Shown here piece after piece: positions 1-10,219 of a DNA stretch of 32,000 nucleotides (its first letter is position 1; each line of letters begins with the position of its first letter). The notes under the pieces are model-generated. The model searched no databases, was not told the DNA's origin, and was given only the letters and a program-made list of their open reading frames with translations. The stretch is taken from contig NZ_PDKR01000001.1 in assembly GCF_002933345.1 (NCBI RefSeq), positions 149,986 to 181,985 on the forward strand, read 5' to 3'. This stretch comes from Candidatus Pantoea edessiphila (GTDB taxonomy: Bacteria > Pseudomonadota > Gammaproteobacteria > Enterobacterales > Enterobacteriaceae). The position numbers and the translations under genes were made by a program.

Positions 1-297
1 GGATTTTCAATTGGTTCTAATGATATGACACAGTTAACATTAGGTATAGATCGTGATTCCAGTATTTTATCTTCTTCATTTAATGAATTTGATGAATCAA
101 TAAAAATTTTACTTTCTATGACAATTAAAGCAGCAAAAAAACAAAATAAATATATAGGTATTTGTGGACAAGGGCCCTCTGACAATCCTGATTTTGCATT
201 TTGGTTAATGCAACAAGGAATAGATAGCTTATCTTTAAATCCAGGTAACATTATAGAGTCATGGCTACAAATTGCTAAATTAAGTAATTTAATTTAA
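1..297 (+). CDS. ppsA: Phosphoenolpyruvate synthase, C-terminal end (5' part lies outside the window)
   Basis: Frame 1 is open from nt 1. GFSIGSNDMTQLTLGIDRDS...KYIGICGQGPSD...GIDSLSLNP aligns almost residue for residue with the C-terminus of E. coli PpsA (FSIGSNDLTQLTLGLDRDS...KYVGICGQGPSD...GIDSLSLNP). The stop is TAA 295-297. Confidence 0.9.
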   Translation, partial: GFSIGSNDMTQLTLGIDRDSSILSSSFNEFDESIKILLSMTIKAAKKQNKYIGICGQGPSDNPDFAFWLMQQGIDSLSLNPGNIIESWLQIAKLSNLI

Positions 298-868
298 TTA
301 ATAATAGAAATCATCTATAATTTACTAATGTAATGTTCATTTAAGATATTATTCTTATGTTTAAAATAAATAAAATTTAATAAAAACAAATTACTTGTTT
401 TTAAGATTAAAATCATTCGGTCATTTTCTAAATATAAACATTGTATATCTAGTAATCTTTAATATATTCTAATATTAAAATTAAATCTATAGATTACATA
501 TATAACTAACTTTATAGAAAACAATTATTTCAGTTTAAAACAAAAGTTAATAGTTCTGATATTTATGTGATATGTTTTAAGAAATTAATATTATTTGAAT
601 TTTTATATAATAAACAAAATCATATTAACAATAAAAAAGTATCAATATAGTATATTTTGACCAAAAGATAATATTTTTTGAAAACAGTATTTAGGTTTAT
701 TTTTATAAGTTATGTATTTTTTATATTAAAATATCTTTTATTTAAATGTATTTTTATTCTTAATATACTCAATAAAATTTTAATTATTTATAGTCTGTAA
801 CTATGAATATTAAAACTAAAATTAGGTTTATATTAATAACACTACACATATGTGATAGGAGAAATGTT

Positions 869-1243
869 ATGGAATCCGTTAATGTAAATGATATTTCACA
901 TCACGATCTTGTATGGAAGGGATTTACATTAACTAAATCTGCAGAAAAACAATTATCTAATTTAATTAGCAAAGATCCTGAGATAAAAGGATTATGGTTA
1001 GGTATAAAAAAATCTGGTTGTGCAGGTTTTAAATATATTATGAATTTAACAAAAGATCCATTGAATGAAGATCTTGAATTTTCATTCAAATCTATTACTT
1101 TATTTGTATCAATGCAAGCCATGCCCTTTATTGATGGTACTGAAATAGATTATGTTTACGATGGGTTAAATCATAATTTTAAATTTAATAATCCTAAAGC
1201 ACAACACTCTTGTGGATGTGGGGAAAGTTTTAGTATAGAGTAA
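869..1243 (+). CDS. sufA: Fe-S cluster A-type carrier SufA
   Basis: The ORF runs 803..1243, but homology starts at the internal Met (MESVNVND...). AGGAG at 857-861 lies 7 nt upstream of ATG 869. The product of 124 aa compares with about 122 aa in E. coli. It carries the C-terminal CGCGESF motif typical of SufA/IscA and is the first gene of a sufABCDSE cluster. Confidence 0.9.
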   Translation: MESVNVNDISHHDLVWKGFTLTKSAEKQLSNLISKDPEIKGLWLGIKKSGCAGFKYIMNLTKDPLNEDLEFSFKSITLFVSMQAMPFIDGTEIDYVYDGLNHNFKFNNPKAQHSCGCGESFSIE

Positions 1244-1250
1244 ATAGAAT

Positions 1251-2750
1251 ATGTCACAAAATACAAAATTATCTGAAAAAAATCAATTTTGGCAAGGTAA
1301 CTTAAATTATAAAGAAGGATTTTTTACTAAATTAAAAACTGAAAAAATTACCAAAGGTATTAATAAAGATATTATATGTAAAATTTCAGAAAAAAGAAAT
1401 GAACCAAAATGGATGTTAGAATTTCGTCTTGAATCATTTAATGTTTGGTTAAAAATGGAAGAACCACACTGGATTAAAGGACATTATAATAAACTCAATT
1501 ATCAAGATTATATTTATTACTCAATACCTTTATGTAGTGATTGCAATAGTAATTCTAATTCATCTAGTTTTAATAATAAATTTGAATATTCAAATAAAAA
1601 ACATGATATTAACTACTTAACTAAAGAAGTTGAAAATACTTTTAATAAATTAGGAGTTCCAGTTCGTGAAGCAAATGAAGTTGCTATTGATGCAATTTTT
1701 GATTCAGTTTCAGTAGCAACTACATACCAAGCTAAATTAGCTAAGCATGGAATTATTTTTTGTTCATTTAATAAAGCAATTCAAGAATATCCAGAACTAG
1801 TGAGGAAGTACTTAGGCTCTGTAGTACCAATAAATGACAATTTTTTTGCATCTTTAAATTCTGCTGTAGCATCTGATGGTACTTTTGTTTATATCCCAAA
1901 AGGAGTTCGCTGTCCTTTGGAGTTATCAACTTATTTTCGCATTAATGCTGCAAATACTGGGCAGTTTGAAAGAACTATTTTAATAGCAGAAGAAAATAGC
2001 TATGTAAGTTATATAGAAGGTTGTTCTGCTCCTATACATAAAACCAATCAATTACATGCAGCAGTAGTAGAAGTAGTAGTTCATAAAAATGCAGAAGTGA
2101 AATATTCTACAGTGCAAAATTGGTTTCCAGGACGAAATGGAAAAGGTGGAATCCTAAATTTTGTTACTAAGCGTGCATTATGTAAAGGAAATAACAGTAA
2201 AATGTCTTGGACACAATCCGAAACAGGTTCTGCTATTACTTGGAAATATCCAAGTTGTATTTTGCAAGGAGATAATTCAATAGGAAAATTTTATTCAGTA
2301 GCATTAACTACTGGATATCAACAAGCTGATAGTGGTACAAAAATGATCCATATTGGAAAAAACACTAAGTCTACTATTATATCAAAAGGAATATCTGCTG
2401 GTAAGAGTAAAAATACCTATCGTGGATTAGTAAAAATATTACCACAGGCAAAAAATGCACGTAATTTTACACAATGTGATTCCATGTTAATTGGTCGTAA
2501 TTGTAGTTCACATACTTTCCCATATATAGAAAATTGTAACAATACAGCACAATTGGAGCATGAAGCTACAACATCTCGTATAGGTGAAGAACAAATGTTT
2601 TATTTCTTGCAGCGTGGAATAAGTGAAGAAGATGCTATTTCCATGATAGTTAATGGATTTTGTAAAGATGTCTTTTCTAAATTACCCTTGGAATTTGCTA
2701 TAGAAGCACAAAAATTATTATCTGTCAACCTTGAACATAGTGTTGGTTAA
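1251..2750 (+). CDS. sufB: Fe-S cluster assembly scaffold SufB
   Basis: The 499-aa product shows long near-identical runs to E. coli SufB ([110 protein letters not shown] at the C-terminus). Confidence 0.97.
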   Translation: MSQNTKLSEKNQFWQGNLNYKEGFFTKLKTEKITKGINKDIICKISEKRNEPKWMLEFRLESFNVWLKMEEPHWIKGHYNKLNYQDYIYYSIPLCSDCNSNSNSSSFNNKFEYSNKKHDINYLTKEVENTFNKLGVPVREANEVAIDAIFDSVSVATTYQAKLAKHGIIFCSFNKAIQEYPELVRKYLGSVVPINDNFFASLNSAVASDGTFVYIPKGVRCPLELSTYFRINAANTGQFERTILIAEENSYVSYIEGCSAPIHKTNQLHAAVVEVVVHKNAEVKYSTVQNWFPGRNGKGGILNFVTKRALCKGNNSKMSWTQSETGSAITWKYPSCILQGDNSIGKFYSVALTTGYQQADSGTKMIHIGKNTKSTIISKGISAGKSKNTYRGLVKILPQAKNARNFTQCDSMLIGRNCSSHTFPYIENCNNTAQLEHEATTSRIGEEQMFYFLQRGISEEDAISMIVNGFCKDVFSKLPLEFAIEAQKLLSVNLEHSVG

Positions 2751-2798
2751 TGTCATATATATATTTCCATTAAACGATGGAAAGGAATAAGATATACT

Positions 2799-3545
2799 AT
2801 GTTAAATATAAAAAAACTTAATGTTAGTATTGAAAATAAAACAATTTTAAATGATCTTGATTTAAAAATAAAACCTGGTGAAATCCATGCTATTATGGGC
2901 CCTAATGGTTCAGGAAAAAGTACTCTTTCATCAACTGTAACTGGATGTGGAGAATATGAAATAGTCAGTGGATCAATAACTTTTAATAATAAAAATCTAT
3001 TAAAATTAGAACCTGAACAGCGTGCAGGAGAAGGAATTTTCTTAGCTTTTCAGTATCCAGTTGAAATTCCTGGTGTTAGTAATCATTTTTTTTTGCAAAC
3101 TGCAATTAACGCAGTTCGTAAATACCGTAATCAAAAAGAACTAGACCGTTTTGAATTACAAGATCTGATTCAAGAAAAAATTGATTTTTTAGATATGCCA
3201 GCAGACCTGCTTAAACGTTATGTAAACGTAGGTTTTTCTGGAGGAGAAAAGAAACGTAATGATATTTTACAAATGTCATTATTAGAGCCAAAATTATGTA
3301 TTTTAGACGAAACTGATTCTGGTCTAGATATAGATGCATTAAAAATTATAGCAAAAGGTGTCAATAATTTAAGAAACGAAGATCGTTCTTTTATTATTAT
3401 TACACATTACCAACGTATTCTGAATTATATAGAACCAGATTTAGTACATGTATTATATAACGGAAGTATAGTAAAATCTGGTGATTTTTCTTTGGTTAGA
3501 CAGTTAGAGGAACATGGTTATGGCTGGCTTTCCGATAAAAAATGA
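2799..3545 (+). CDS. sufC: Fe-S cluster assembly ATPase SufC
   Basis: The product is 248 aa, the same length as E. coli SufC. It has Walker A GPNGSGKST, ABC signature FSGGEKKR and Walker B ILDETDSGLD, and sits between sufB and sufD. Confidence 0.97.
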   Translation: MLNIKKLNVSIENKTILNDLDLKIKPGEIHAIMGPNGSGKSTLSSTVTGCGEYEIVSGSITFNNKNLLKLEPEQRAGEGIFLAFQYPVEIPGVSNHFFLQTAINAVRKYRNQKELDRFELQDLIQEKIDFLDMPADLLKRYVNVGFSGGEKKRNDILQMSLLEPKLCILDETDSGLDIDALKIIAKGVNNLRNEDRSFIIITHYQRILNYIEPDLVHVLYNGSIVKSGDFSLVRQLEEHGYGWLSDKK

Positions 3546-4797
3546 TATTGCTTTACAAAAATTCAATAATTTATTTATATCAAATATTACAAATCGTTCG
3601 ACTCAAGCTAAAAAACATTGGAACAAATTAATAAAAATGGGTTTTCCAAATAGTAAAGATGAAAATTGGAAGTATACACCTTTAGATACTTTTATATCAC
3701 AAGAATTTGTTTTACCGGGAAAAATTCAATTAAATATTAATGATGTAAACAAATTATCACTTCCTTTAGATGCTTTCCGCTTGATTTTTATTAATGGTCA
3801 ATTTAAACCACTACTAAGTTCTTATGACAGTAAAATATTTGAGATTAAAAACTATATAACAAATAAAAATATAAAATTACCACAACCTATTCAGCCTGAA
3901 GTATTTTTACATTTAACTGAAGGTTTGACTGAAGAAATTACTGTTATTCGTTTACTGAGTAATCAAGAAGCATTATTTCCTATATATTTATTACACATAA
4001 CTGATGGTTATCAAGATAGACTTAACACAGTGCATTATCGTCATCATTTAATTTTAGAAGATAATACTAAAGCTGAGATAATAGAGCATTTTGTAACTCT
4101 AAATTTAAAGGCACATTTTACTGGTTCACGTTTAACTGTGAATATAGCCAATAATTCTAACTTAAGACATGTCAAGTTAGCTTTTGAAAGTAGTAAAAGT
4201 TATCACTTCTCCCATAATGACATAATAATTGGCAATCATTCAAAGATTATCAGCAATACATTTGTGATAGGCGCAAATATAATGCGTCATAATACCAGTA
4301 TTAAATTAGAAGGTAATAATTCTGAATTGATAATTAATAGTTTATCTTTACCGAAAGATCAAGAAATATTTGATATACGTACTCATCTAGAACACAATAA
4401 AAGTTATTGTACAAGTCGTCAAAAACATAAAGCCATAGTATTAGACAGAGGTCGTTCAGTTTTTAATGGCCATATTAAAGTTGCTTCAGATGCAATAAAA
4501 ACAGATGGTAAAATGATTAACAATAATTTATTGTTAGGTACTCAAGCTGAAGTTTATACTAAACCTCAATTAGAAATTTATGCAGACGATGTAAAATGCA
4601 GTCATGGAGCTACAGTTGGATGCATAGATGATAAACAGATTTTTTATTTAATATCAAGAGGTATTAGTACGAATGATGCAATGAGAATGTTAATAGATGC
4701 GTTTGCTATAGAGTTAATTGAAATATTAGAAAACAGTATAATAAAAAAAGCTATTTTAAATCGTATGTATCGACGTATTTCTAGAGAAGATATGTGA
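3520..4797 (+). CDS. sufD: Fe-S cluster assembly protein SufD
   Basis: The ORF opens at ATG 3514 (MVMAGFP). ATG 3520 (MAGFP...) matches the E. coli SufD N-terminus (MAGLP...) and has GAGG at 3507-3510 at good spacing. Conserved ENWKYTPL and a C-terminal block ([29 protein letters not shown]) are present. The gene overlaps the end of sufC. Confidence 0.93.
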   Translation: MAGFPIKNDIALQKFNNLFISNITNRSTQAKKHWNKLIKMGFPNSKDENWKYTPLDTFISQEFVLPGKIQLNINDVNKLSLPLDAFRLIFINGQFKPLLSSYDSKIFEIKNYITNKNIKLPQPIQPEVFLHLTEGLTEEITVIRLLSNQEALFPIYLLHITDGYQDRLNTVHYRHHLILEDNTKAEIIEHFVTLNLKAHFTGSRLTVNIANNSNLRHVKLAFESSKSYHFSHNDIIIGNHSKIISNTFVIGANIMRHNTSIKLEGNNSELIINSLSLPKDQEIFDIRTHLEHNKSYCTSRQKHKAIVLDRGRSVFNGHIKVASDAIKTDGKMINNNLLLGTQAEVYTKPQLEIYADDVKCSHGATVGCIDDKQIFYLISRGISTNDAMRMLIDAFAIELIEILENSIIKKAILNRMYRRISREDM

Positions 4798-6026
4798 TAA
4801 ATTTTAATCTTGAGCTTATTAGGAATGATTTTCCTATTTTAAAAACCAAAATTAATGGTCATTTTTTAGCTTACTTTGATAATGCTGCTAGTTCCCAACG
4901 TCCTTTAGATGTAATTAATGCTGAAAAGTATTTTTATAAAAACAATTACTCAGCTGTACATCGTGGAATTCATACGTTAAGTGCTCAAGCAACTAGTCAT
5001 ATGGAACAAGTCCGTAGTCAAGTAGCATGTTTTATAAATGCATCATCTCATAATGAAATTATATTCGTTAAAGGTACTACAGAAGGAATAAACCTCATAG
5101 CTAATAGTTGGGGCAGTATTAACATAGGTTATAATGATAACATAATTATCACTGAGATGGAACATCATTCTAACATAGTGCCATGGCAACTTTTAGCTAA
5201 AAGAGTTGGTGCAGAAATTCGTGTATTACCTTTGAATAAAGGAGGTAATTTATTTGTTGAAAAACTTACTAATTTAATTGATAAAAATACACGTCTATTC
5301 GCAATAACACATGTTTCTAATGTTCTTGGAATAATAAATCCAATTCAAGATATTATAGCTAAAGTTAAATCTAAATCTACAGGTATCATTACTGTTGTAG
5401 ATGGCGCACAAGCTGTAATGCATAATAAGGTTGATGTCCAAAAGATTGGATGTGATTTTTATGTTTTTTCTGGACATAAAATATATGGACCGACCGGTAT
5501 TGGTATATTATACGGGAGAAAAAATATATTAAATGAGATGCCTCCATGGCAGGGCGGAGGTTCTATGATTAGTGACGTAACCATACCTAATGGTACGACA
5601 TGGAACAGCGTACCTTGGCGTTTTGAAGCAGGGACACCAAATATTATTGGAATTATAGGATTAGGTGCTGCTCTGACTTATATTCAAAAATTAGGATTAA
5701 AAGTAATTAATGAACGTGAAAATGATTTGGTTTGTTATGCATATAAACAATTATCATCTATATCAGATATTCAATTATACAGTCCTTTAAATAATAATGG
5801 TATTATTTCGTTCAATCTTGGTAAACATCATTCTTTTGATGTTGGAAGTTTCTTAGATCAATTTGGAATTGCTATTCGCACAGGTCACCATTGTGCAATT
5901 CCATTGATGAGACATTATAATGTGTCATCAATGTGTCGAGCTTCCTTGGCTTTTTACAATAGTGAAGAAGAAATAGACCGTTTAGTATCAAGTCTAATAC
6001 ATATCAATCGTTTATTAAAAATTTAA
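4794..6026 (+). CDS. sufS: Cysteine desulfurase SufS (class V aminotransferase, group II)
   Basis: The product is 410 aa. A GTG start overlaps the sufD stop (GTGA at 4794-4797). Motifs are [17 protein letters not shown], the PLP-lysine region [13 protein letters not shown], and the active-site loop RTGHHCA. Confidence 0.96.
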   Translation: MINFNLELIRNDFPILKTKINGHFLAYFDNAASSQRPLDVINAEKYFYKNNYSAVHRGIHTLSAQATSHMEQVRSQVACFINASSHNEIIFVKGTTEGINLIANSWGSINIGYNDNIIITEMEHHSNIVPWQLLAKRVGAEIRVLPLNKGGNLFVEKLTNLIDKNTRLFAITHVSNVLGIINPIQDIIAKVKSKSTGIITVVDGAQAVMHNKVDVQKIGCDFYVFSGHKIYGPTGIGILYGRKNILNEMPPWQGGGSMISDVTIPNGTTWNSVPWRFEAGTPNIIGIIGLGAALTYIQKLGLKVINERENDLVCYAYKQLSSISDIQLYSPLNNNGIISFNLGKHHSFDVGSFLDQFGIAIRTGHHCAIPLMRHYNVSSMCRASLAFYNSEEEIDRLVSSLIHINRLLKI

Positions 6027-6066
6027 ATTTAATTATCTTTAAATAGCTTAATTGGAGTGATTAACA

Positions 6067-6516
6067 GTGACTTTACCAGAAAAAGAAAAGTTGATTTTCA
6101 ACTTTAATCGCTGTTCTAATTGGGAAGAAAAATATCTTTATATAATTGAATTAGGAAGAAAAATTCCAGTTATATCTAAAAATTTACATAATCCTGAAAA
6201 TATGATTGGTGGTTGTCAAAGCCATGTATGGATTAAAATAACACCAAAACCAGACGGTACTGTTATTTTTGAAGGGGACAGCGATTCAATTATAGTCAAG
6301 GGATTGATTGCTATAATATTTATTATATATAATAATTTACTTATGTCTGACATAATGATTTTAGATATCGGTTATTGGTTCAATAAATTATCACTAACAC
6401 AACATATCACACCTACTCGTTCACAAGGAATAGAAGCAGTAATTAGATCTATTCGTCATTCTATAAAAAAAATATCTAAAAATAGTTTTGAACATGCTAA
6501 TAATAGAAATAAATAA
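6067..6516 (+). CDS. sufE: Cysteine desulfuration (sulfur acceptor) protein SufE
   Basis: GTG start with GGAG at 6053-6056. [30 protein letters not shown] matches E. coli SufE [31 protein letters not shown]. The acceptor Cys context GGCQSHVW is conserved. There is a C-terminal extension of about 10 aa relative to E. coli. Confidence 0.93.
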   Translation: [149 protein letters not shown]

Positions 6517-6540
6517 ATATTTATTTATTCTATATTATAC

Positions 6541-6601
6541 CGCAATTCACTTATTGCGATATATTTTAAATATCAACTAAATTGAAATAATTTTAGTTGA
6601 T
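6541..6601. terminator. Two tandem hairpins between sufE and tRNA-Val, possibly shared terminators
   Basis: The first hairpin is CGCAAT(6541-6546)/ATTGCG(6553-6558) with loop TCACTT. The second is ATCAACTAAA(6572-6581)/TTTAGTTGAT(6592-6601) with a 10-nt loop. They lie in the convergent gap between the suf operon (+) and the tRNA (-). No convincing U-tract follows either, so function is uncertain. Confidence 0.3.
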
Positions 6602-6658
6602 TGATATTAATATGGATTTATTTAATGTTAATATATTATAATGTTGAATTACAATTAG

Positions 6659-6731
6659 TGCGTTCTAATGGATTTGAACCATTGACCCCCACCAAGTCAA
6701 GGTGGTGCTCTACCATCTGAGCTAAGAACGC
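6659..6731 (-). tRNA. valV: tRNA-Val, anticodon GAC
   Basis: The reverse complement folds by hand into a perfect cloverleaf of 73 nt. Elements are acceptor GCGTTCT/AGAACGC, D-arm GCTC-AGATGGTA-GAGC, anticodon arm CCACC-TTGACTT-GGTGG, variable GGGTC, T-arm AATGG-TTCAAAT-CCATT and discriminator A. It is close to E. coli valV/valW. No CCA is encoded (next bases are CTA). Confidence 0.93.
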
Positions 6732-6903
6732 AATAACCCAACAAACTAAAATTATACCTGTTTTGAATCAATTTTAGCAAGAATTTTATTATTAATTTTT
6801 TAACAAAATCAATAAATATTGAATTTGATAATTAAAGAAATTAAATGTTATTTTAAATAAAATCTTTTGAAAAATTTAGCTATTTTAATAAGGCAAAAAT
6901 AAT

Positions 6904-7530
6904 ATGTTTACTGGTATTGTAGAAGGAATTGCAGAAATAGTATCTATTGAAAAAAAACATTTTCCTTATAATTATACTATCAGATTTCCTAAAGAACTAA
7001 TAGCTAATTTAAATTTAGGAGCTTCAGTAATGATTGATGGTTGCTGTTTAACTGTTAATAATATCAATGATTGTTTTGTTAGTTTTGCATTAATTATGGA
7101 GACATTAAAAGTTAGTAATTTAGATAATTTGTGTGAAGGAGATATGGTAAATATTGAACGTGCAATAAAAATAAACCATGAAATAGGAGGACATTTAATG
7201 TCAGGTCATGTTATGACCACAGCTGAAATTTATGAAGTAATTAAATCAGATTGTAATTATGTTTTATGGTTTAAAATGATAAACTTAAAAAATATGAAAT
7301 ATATTTTTAATAAGGGATTTATAGGAATAGATGGGATTAGTTTAACAGTAGGTGATGTTTTCGATAGAAATTTTTGTGTTTTCATTATACCTGAAACATT
7401 GAAAAGAACTACTATTGGCAGAAAAAGACTTGGTTATTTTGCAAATATTGAAATAGATTTACATACTCAAGTTATAGTAGATACAGTTGAACGTTTAATT
7501 CCTTTATATAAAAACAATATTAATTATTGA
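6904..7530 (+). CDS. ribE: Riboflavin synthase alpha chain (ribC in E. coli K-12 nomenclature)
   Basis: The product is 208 aa. MFTGIVEG..., GASV..DGCCLTV, NIERA.K...EIGGHLMSGH..TTAEI, MKYI..KGFIGIDGISLTVG and IPETL.RTT.G align along the whole length with E. coli riboflavin synthase. Confidence 0.95.
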   Translation: MFTGIVEGIAEIVSIEKKHFPYNYTIRFPKELIANLNLGASVMIDGCCLTVNNINDCFVSFALIMETLKVSNLDNLCEGDMVNIERAIKINHEIGGHLMSGHVMTTAEIYEVIKSDCNYVLWFKMINLKNMKYIFNKGFIGIDGISLTVGDVFDRNFCVFIIPETLKRTTIGRKRLGYFANIEIDLHTQVIVDTVERLIPLYKNNINY

Positions 7531-7863
7531 TATAATCTATTATTTCTTTAGATGATAATTAAGGGTTAAAACAAATAATTGAAAGAAATTATATTTGTTG
7601 ATAAAATAAGGTTAGATTAAAATTAATATAAATTATTAAATTTTTTATCTAATACATTGATTATTTTGCTAAACTGATTATCTTCATCCATCCTTACATA
7701 AAAGCCGTTATTATAAAGTAATAATAAAATATTTGACTGATATATCGATGTGTAATTTTTATTTTAAGTTAAAAAACATTAATATTAAGAATGTAATTAT
7801 CAATTTAAATTAAAAAATTCTTAACATAAAAATTATAAATAATTTATTTTAAGGAATGTGACT

Positions 7864-8208
7864 ATGGTTGATAGTATTATACAAAAAATTGAACGTCAAA
7901 TTAAAGAAAATCCAATCATATTATATATGAAAGGATCTCCTAGTCAACCAAGTTGCGGCTTCTCCGCTCAAGCAGTGAAATTTTTATCAGCTTGCGGAGA
8001 ACGTTTTGCCTATGTAGATATCTTAAAAAATCCTGACATCCGTTCAGAATTACCCAGGTATTCAAATTGGCCTACTTTTCCTCAACTATGGATCAATGGT
8101 GAATTAATAGGTGGTTGTGATATCATTGTTGAAATGTTTAATTGTAATGAATTACAAGCTATTATTAAACAAGCCATTAAAAAAAATAAAACAATCAAAA
8201 AATTATAA
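7864..8208 (+). CDS. grxD: Monothiol glutaredoxin Grx4
   Basis: IQKIERQIKENPIILYMKGSP.QPSCGFSAQAV..L.ACGERFAYVDIL.NPDIR.ELP.Y.NWPTFPQLW..GEL.GGCDI is near-identical to E. coli GrxD and includes the CGFS active site. ATG 7864 sits 8 nt after AAGGA at 7851-7855. The ORF track's GTG 7858 is an alternative start. Confidence 0.93.
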   Translation: MVDSIIQKIERQIKENPIILYMKGSPSQPSCGFSAQAVKFLSACGERFAYVDILKNPDIRSELPRYSNWPTFPQLWINGELIGGCDIIVEMFNCNELQAIIKQAIKKNKTIKKL

Positions 8209-8230
8209 AGCCGACATATCAGTTGGCTTT
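8207..8230. terminator. Bidirectional intrinsic terminator between convergent grxD and rnt
   Basis: A 9-bp stem AAAGCCGAC(8207-8215)/GTTGGCTTT(8222-8230) contains one G-T wobble and has a 6-nt loop. On the minus strand it is followed by TTATAATTTTTTG. It sits in the 31-nt gap between the two stop codons and is one of the few G+C-containing hairpins in the window. Confidence 0.55.
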
Positions 8231-8239
8231 ATAATAAAA

Positions 8240-8893
8240 TTATTTTTCTGTATTATCAGTAAACTTTGGTGGCCAACCTCCTAATCTCTTCCAACGATTT
8301 ACTAATTCACAAAATAGTACTGCAGTTTGTTCTGTGTCATAAAGTGCAGAATGTGCCTGAATATTATCAAAATTTATACCAGCAGCTTTACATGCTTTTG
8401 CTAAAACTGTTTGCCCTAAAATAAGTCCACTTAATGTAGCAGTATCAAAGGTAGCAAAGGGATGAAATGGGCTATGCTTTAGACTAGTACGTTCAATAGC
8501 TGCCATCATAAATTTAAAATCAAAAGTTGCATTATGAGCTACCATGATAGCACAATTGCAACCTGTATCCTTTATACCTTTTCTAACCATCTCAAAAATA
8601 GCATTAAGCGCTTCATATTCACTAACAGCACTACGTAAAGGATTTGTCGGATCAATACCAGTAAATGCAAGTGATTCAGGGTTTAGTAGTGATCCTTTGA
8701 ATGGTTCAATATGAAAGTGCCTTGTTTCATTTAGGTGAATCCATCCATGTGAATCCATTTTTAAAGTAATTGCAGCAATTTCCAATAGAGCATCAGTCTG
8801 TTCGTTAAAACCAGCAGTTTCAATATCTACTACCACGGGATAAAAACCACGAAATCGTTGATTGATAGAATTTAAATAATTTAATTCAGACAT
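8240..8893 (-). CDS. rnt: Ribonuclease T (DEDDh 3'-5' exoribonuclease)
   Basis: The product is 217 aa. [62 protein letters not shown] and [28 protein letters not shown] match E. coli RNase T almost throughout. Confidence 0.96.
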   Translation of the reverse strand: MSELNYLNSINQRFRGFYPVVVDIETAGFNEQTDALLEIAAITLKMDSHGWIHLNETRHFHIEPFKGSLLNPESLAFTGIDPTNPLRSAVSEYEALNAIFEMVRKGIKDTGCNCAIMVAHNATFDFKFMMAAIERTSLKHSPFHPFATFDTATLSGLILGQTVLAKACKAAGINFDNIQAHSALYDTEQTAVLFCELVNRWKRLGGWPPKFTDNTEK

Positions 8894-9513
8894 AATCTCT
8901 CATTTTATAGAATATAACAATGAACTTTAATTTGTTTTTTATTGCAAATAATTATTCTAATTTAATTAAAAATTTAGTTTAATTTTGTTTTATAAAATTA
9001 ATATTATGATTTATTAATTTATTATATAAATACGTTTGTAAATAAATATTATATTCTTAGATGTTTAGAAAAATTACTTCTTATAAAGATTAATATTTAG
9101 GGTTTTATAAAACAATAAGTCATTTTATTATTTATTTTAAAAAAGATCAATTTAATTGTTTAATTGCTATGATAACCATACTTGTTTATTAATTTATTTA
9201 ATATAATTATATAAATTAAAAATATTTAAATATTAACATGATAAATAAAAATTATTTTTATTTATAAAGAAACGAATAGCCTATTTTTGATAAAATTATC
9301 ATTAATTAAATATAATTTTGAATTAAGTATTAAATTTTATAAATATATAGGTTAGACTTTAAAATTATTTAAAAAATAAATTATATTATTAATATTTTTG
9401 ATATAAATTAAAATATTTTAAATGAGAAATTATTATGATTTTATATATGTAATTATTATTTTAAAATAATTTAATAAAATATTGTTATTAATTATTAAAA
9501 TGAGTAATTAATC

Positions 9514-10170
9514 ATGAAAGATATAAAAGAAACAACTGATATTTCTAACTTACGCCGAGAATATATAAAAGGAAGATTAAGCCGCAAAGACTTACCAGAT
9601 AATCCACTAATTTTATTTGATCATTGGTTAATAGATGCTTGTAAATCATTTATACCAGATCCAACGGCAATGACATTAGCAACAGTAGATCAAAATGGTC
9701 AACCTTATCAACGTACTGTTTTATTAAAATATTACGATAAAAAAGGTATGGTATTCTATACCCATTTCAATAGTAGAAAGGTTATCCATTTAAAAAAAAA
9801 TCCAAAGATTTCATTACATTTTCTCTGGCATTGTCTTGATCGTCAATTAATGATTTTAGGCAAAATAGAGCAATTATCAATGTTGGAAACATTAAAATAT
9901 TTTTATAAACGTCCTCGTGAAAGCCAAATTACTACCTGGGTTTCTAAACAATCATCTTTTATTTCATCACGTGAAGTTCTTGAAAAAAGTTTTTTAGATA
10001 TGAAAAGTAAATTCAAGAATCGTGAAATACCATTACCTAGTTTTTGGGGTGGATTTAGAGTAAAATTTAACACCATGGAATTTTGGCAAGGTGGTGAACA
10101 TCGACTACATGATAGATTTTTATATCAATTAGAAGATAATATCTGGAGAATAAATAGACTTGCGCCATGA
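9514..10170 (+). CDS. pdxH: Pyridoxamine/pyridoxine 5'-phosphate oxidase
   Basis: The product is 218 aa, the same length as E. coli PdxH. Matching features are the LRREY motif, MTLATVD..GQPYQR.VLLK, FYT...S.K, the WGG.R motif and the C-terminal [15 protein letters not shown]...W...RLAP. Confidence 0.96.
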   Translation: MKDIKETTDISNLRREYIKGRLSRKDLPDNPLILFDHWLIDACKSFIPDPTAMTLATVDQNGQPYQRTVLLKYYDKKGMVFYTHFNSRKVIHLKKNPKISLHFLWHCLDRQLMILGKIEQLSMLETLKYFYKRPRESQITTWVSKQSSFISSREVLEKSFLDMKSKFKNREIPLPSFWGGFRVKFNTMEFWQGGEHRLHDRFLYQLEDNIWRINRLAP

Positions 10171-10219
10171 ATAATTTTTTTATTATTATAATAGCAAATT
10201 AATTAATTTAGGTATAAAA

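Noticed and set aside
803-868. N-terminal extensions offered by the ORF track for sufA (from 803) and ribA (from 24894, GTG)
   Set aside because: Homology to SufA and RibA begins exactly at the internal ATGs (869 and 24975). Both are preceded by purine-rich Shine-Dalgarno-like sequences. The extensions are low-complexity and would make the proteins longer than their E. coli counterparts.
901-1122. 73-aa ORF antisense to sufA, and similar antisense ORFs at 5295..5477 (in sufS) and 10414..10665 (in tyrS)
   Set aside because: These are shadow ORFs lying entirely inside strongly supported genes on the opposite strand. Their translations are low-complexity, resemble nothing I recognise, and have no RBS.
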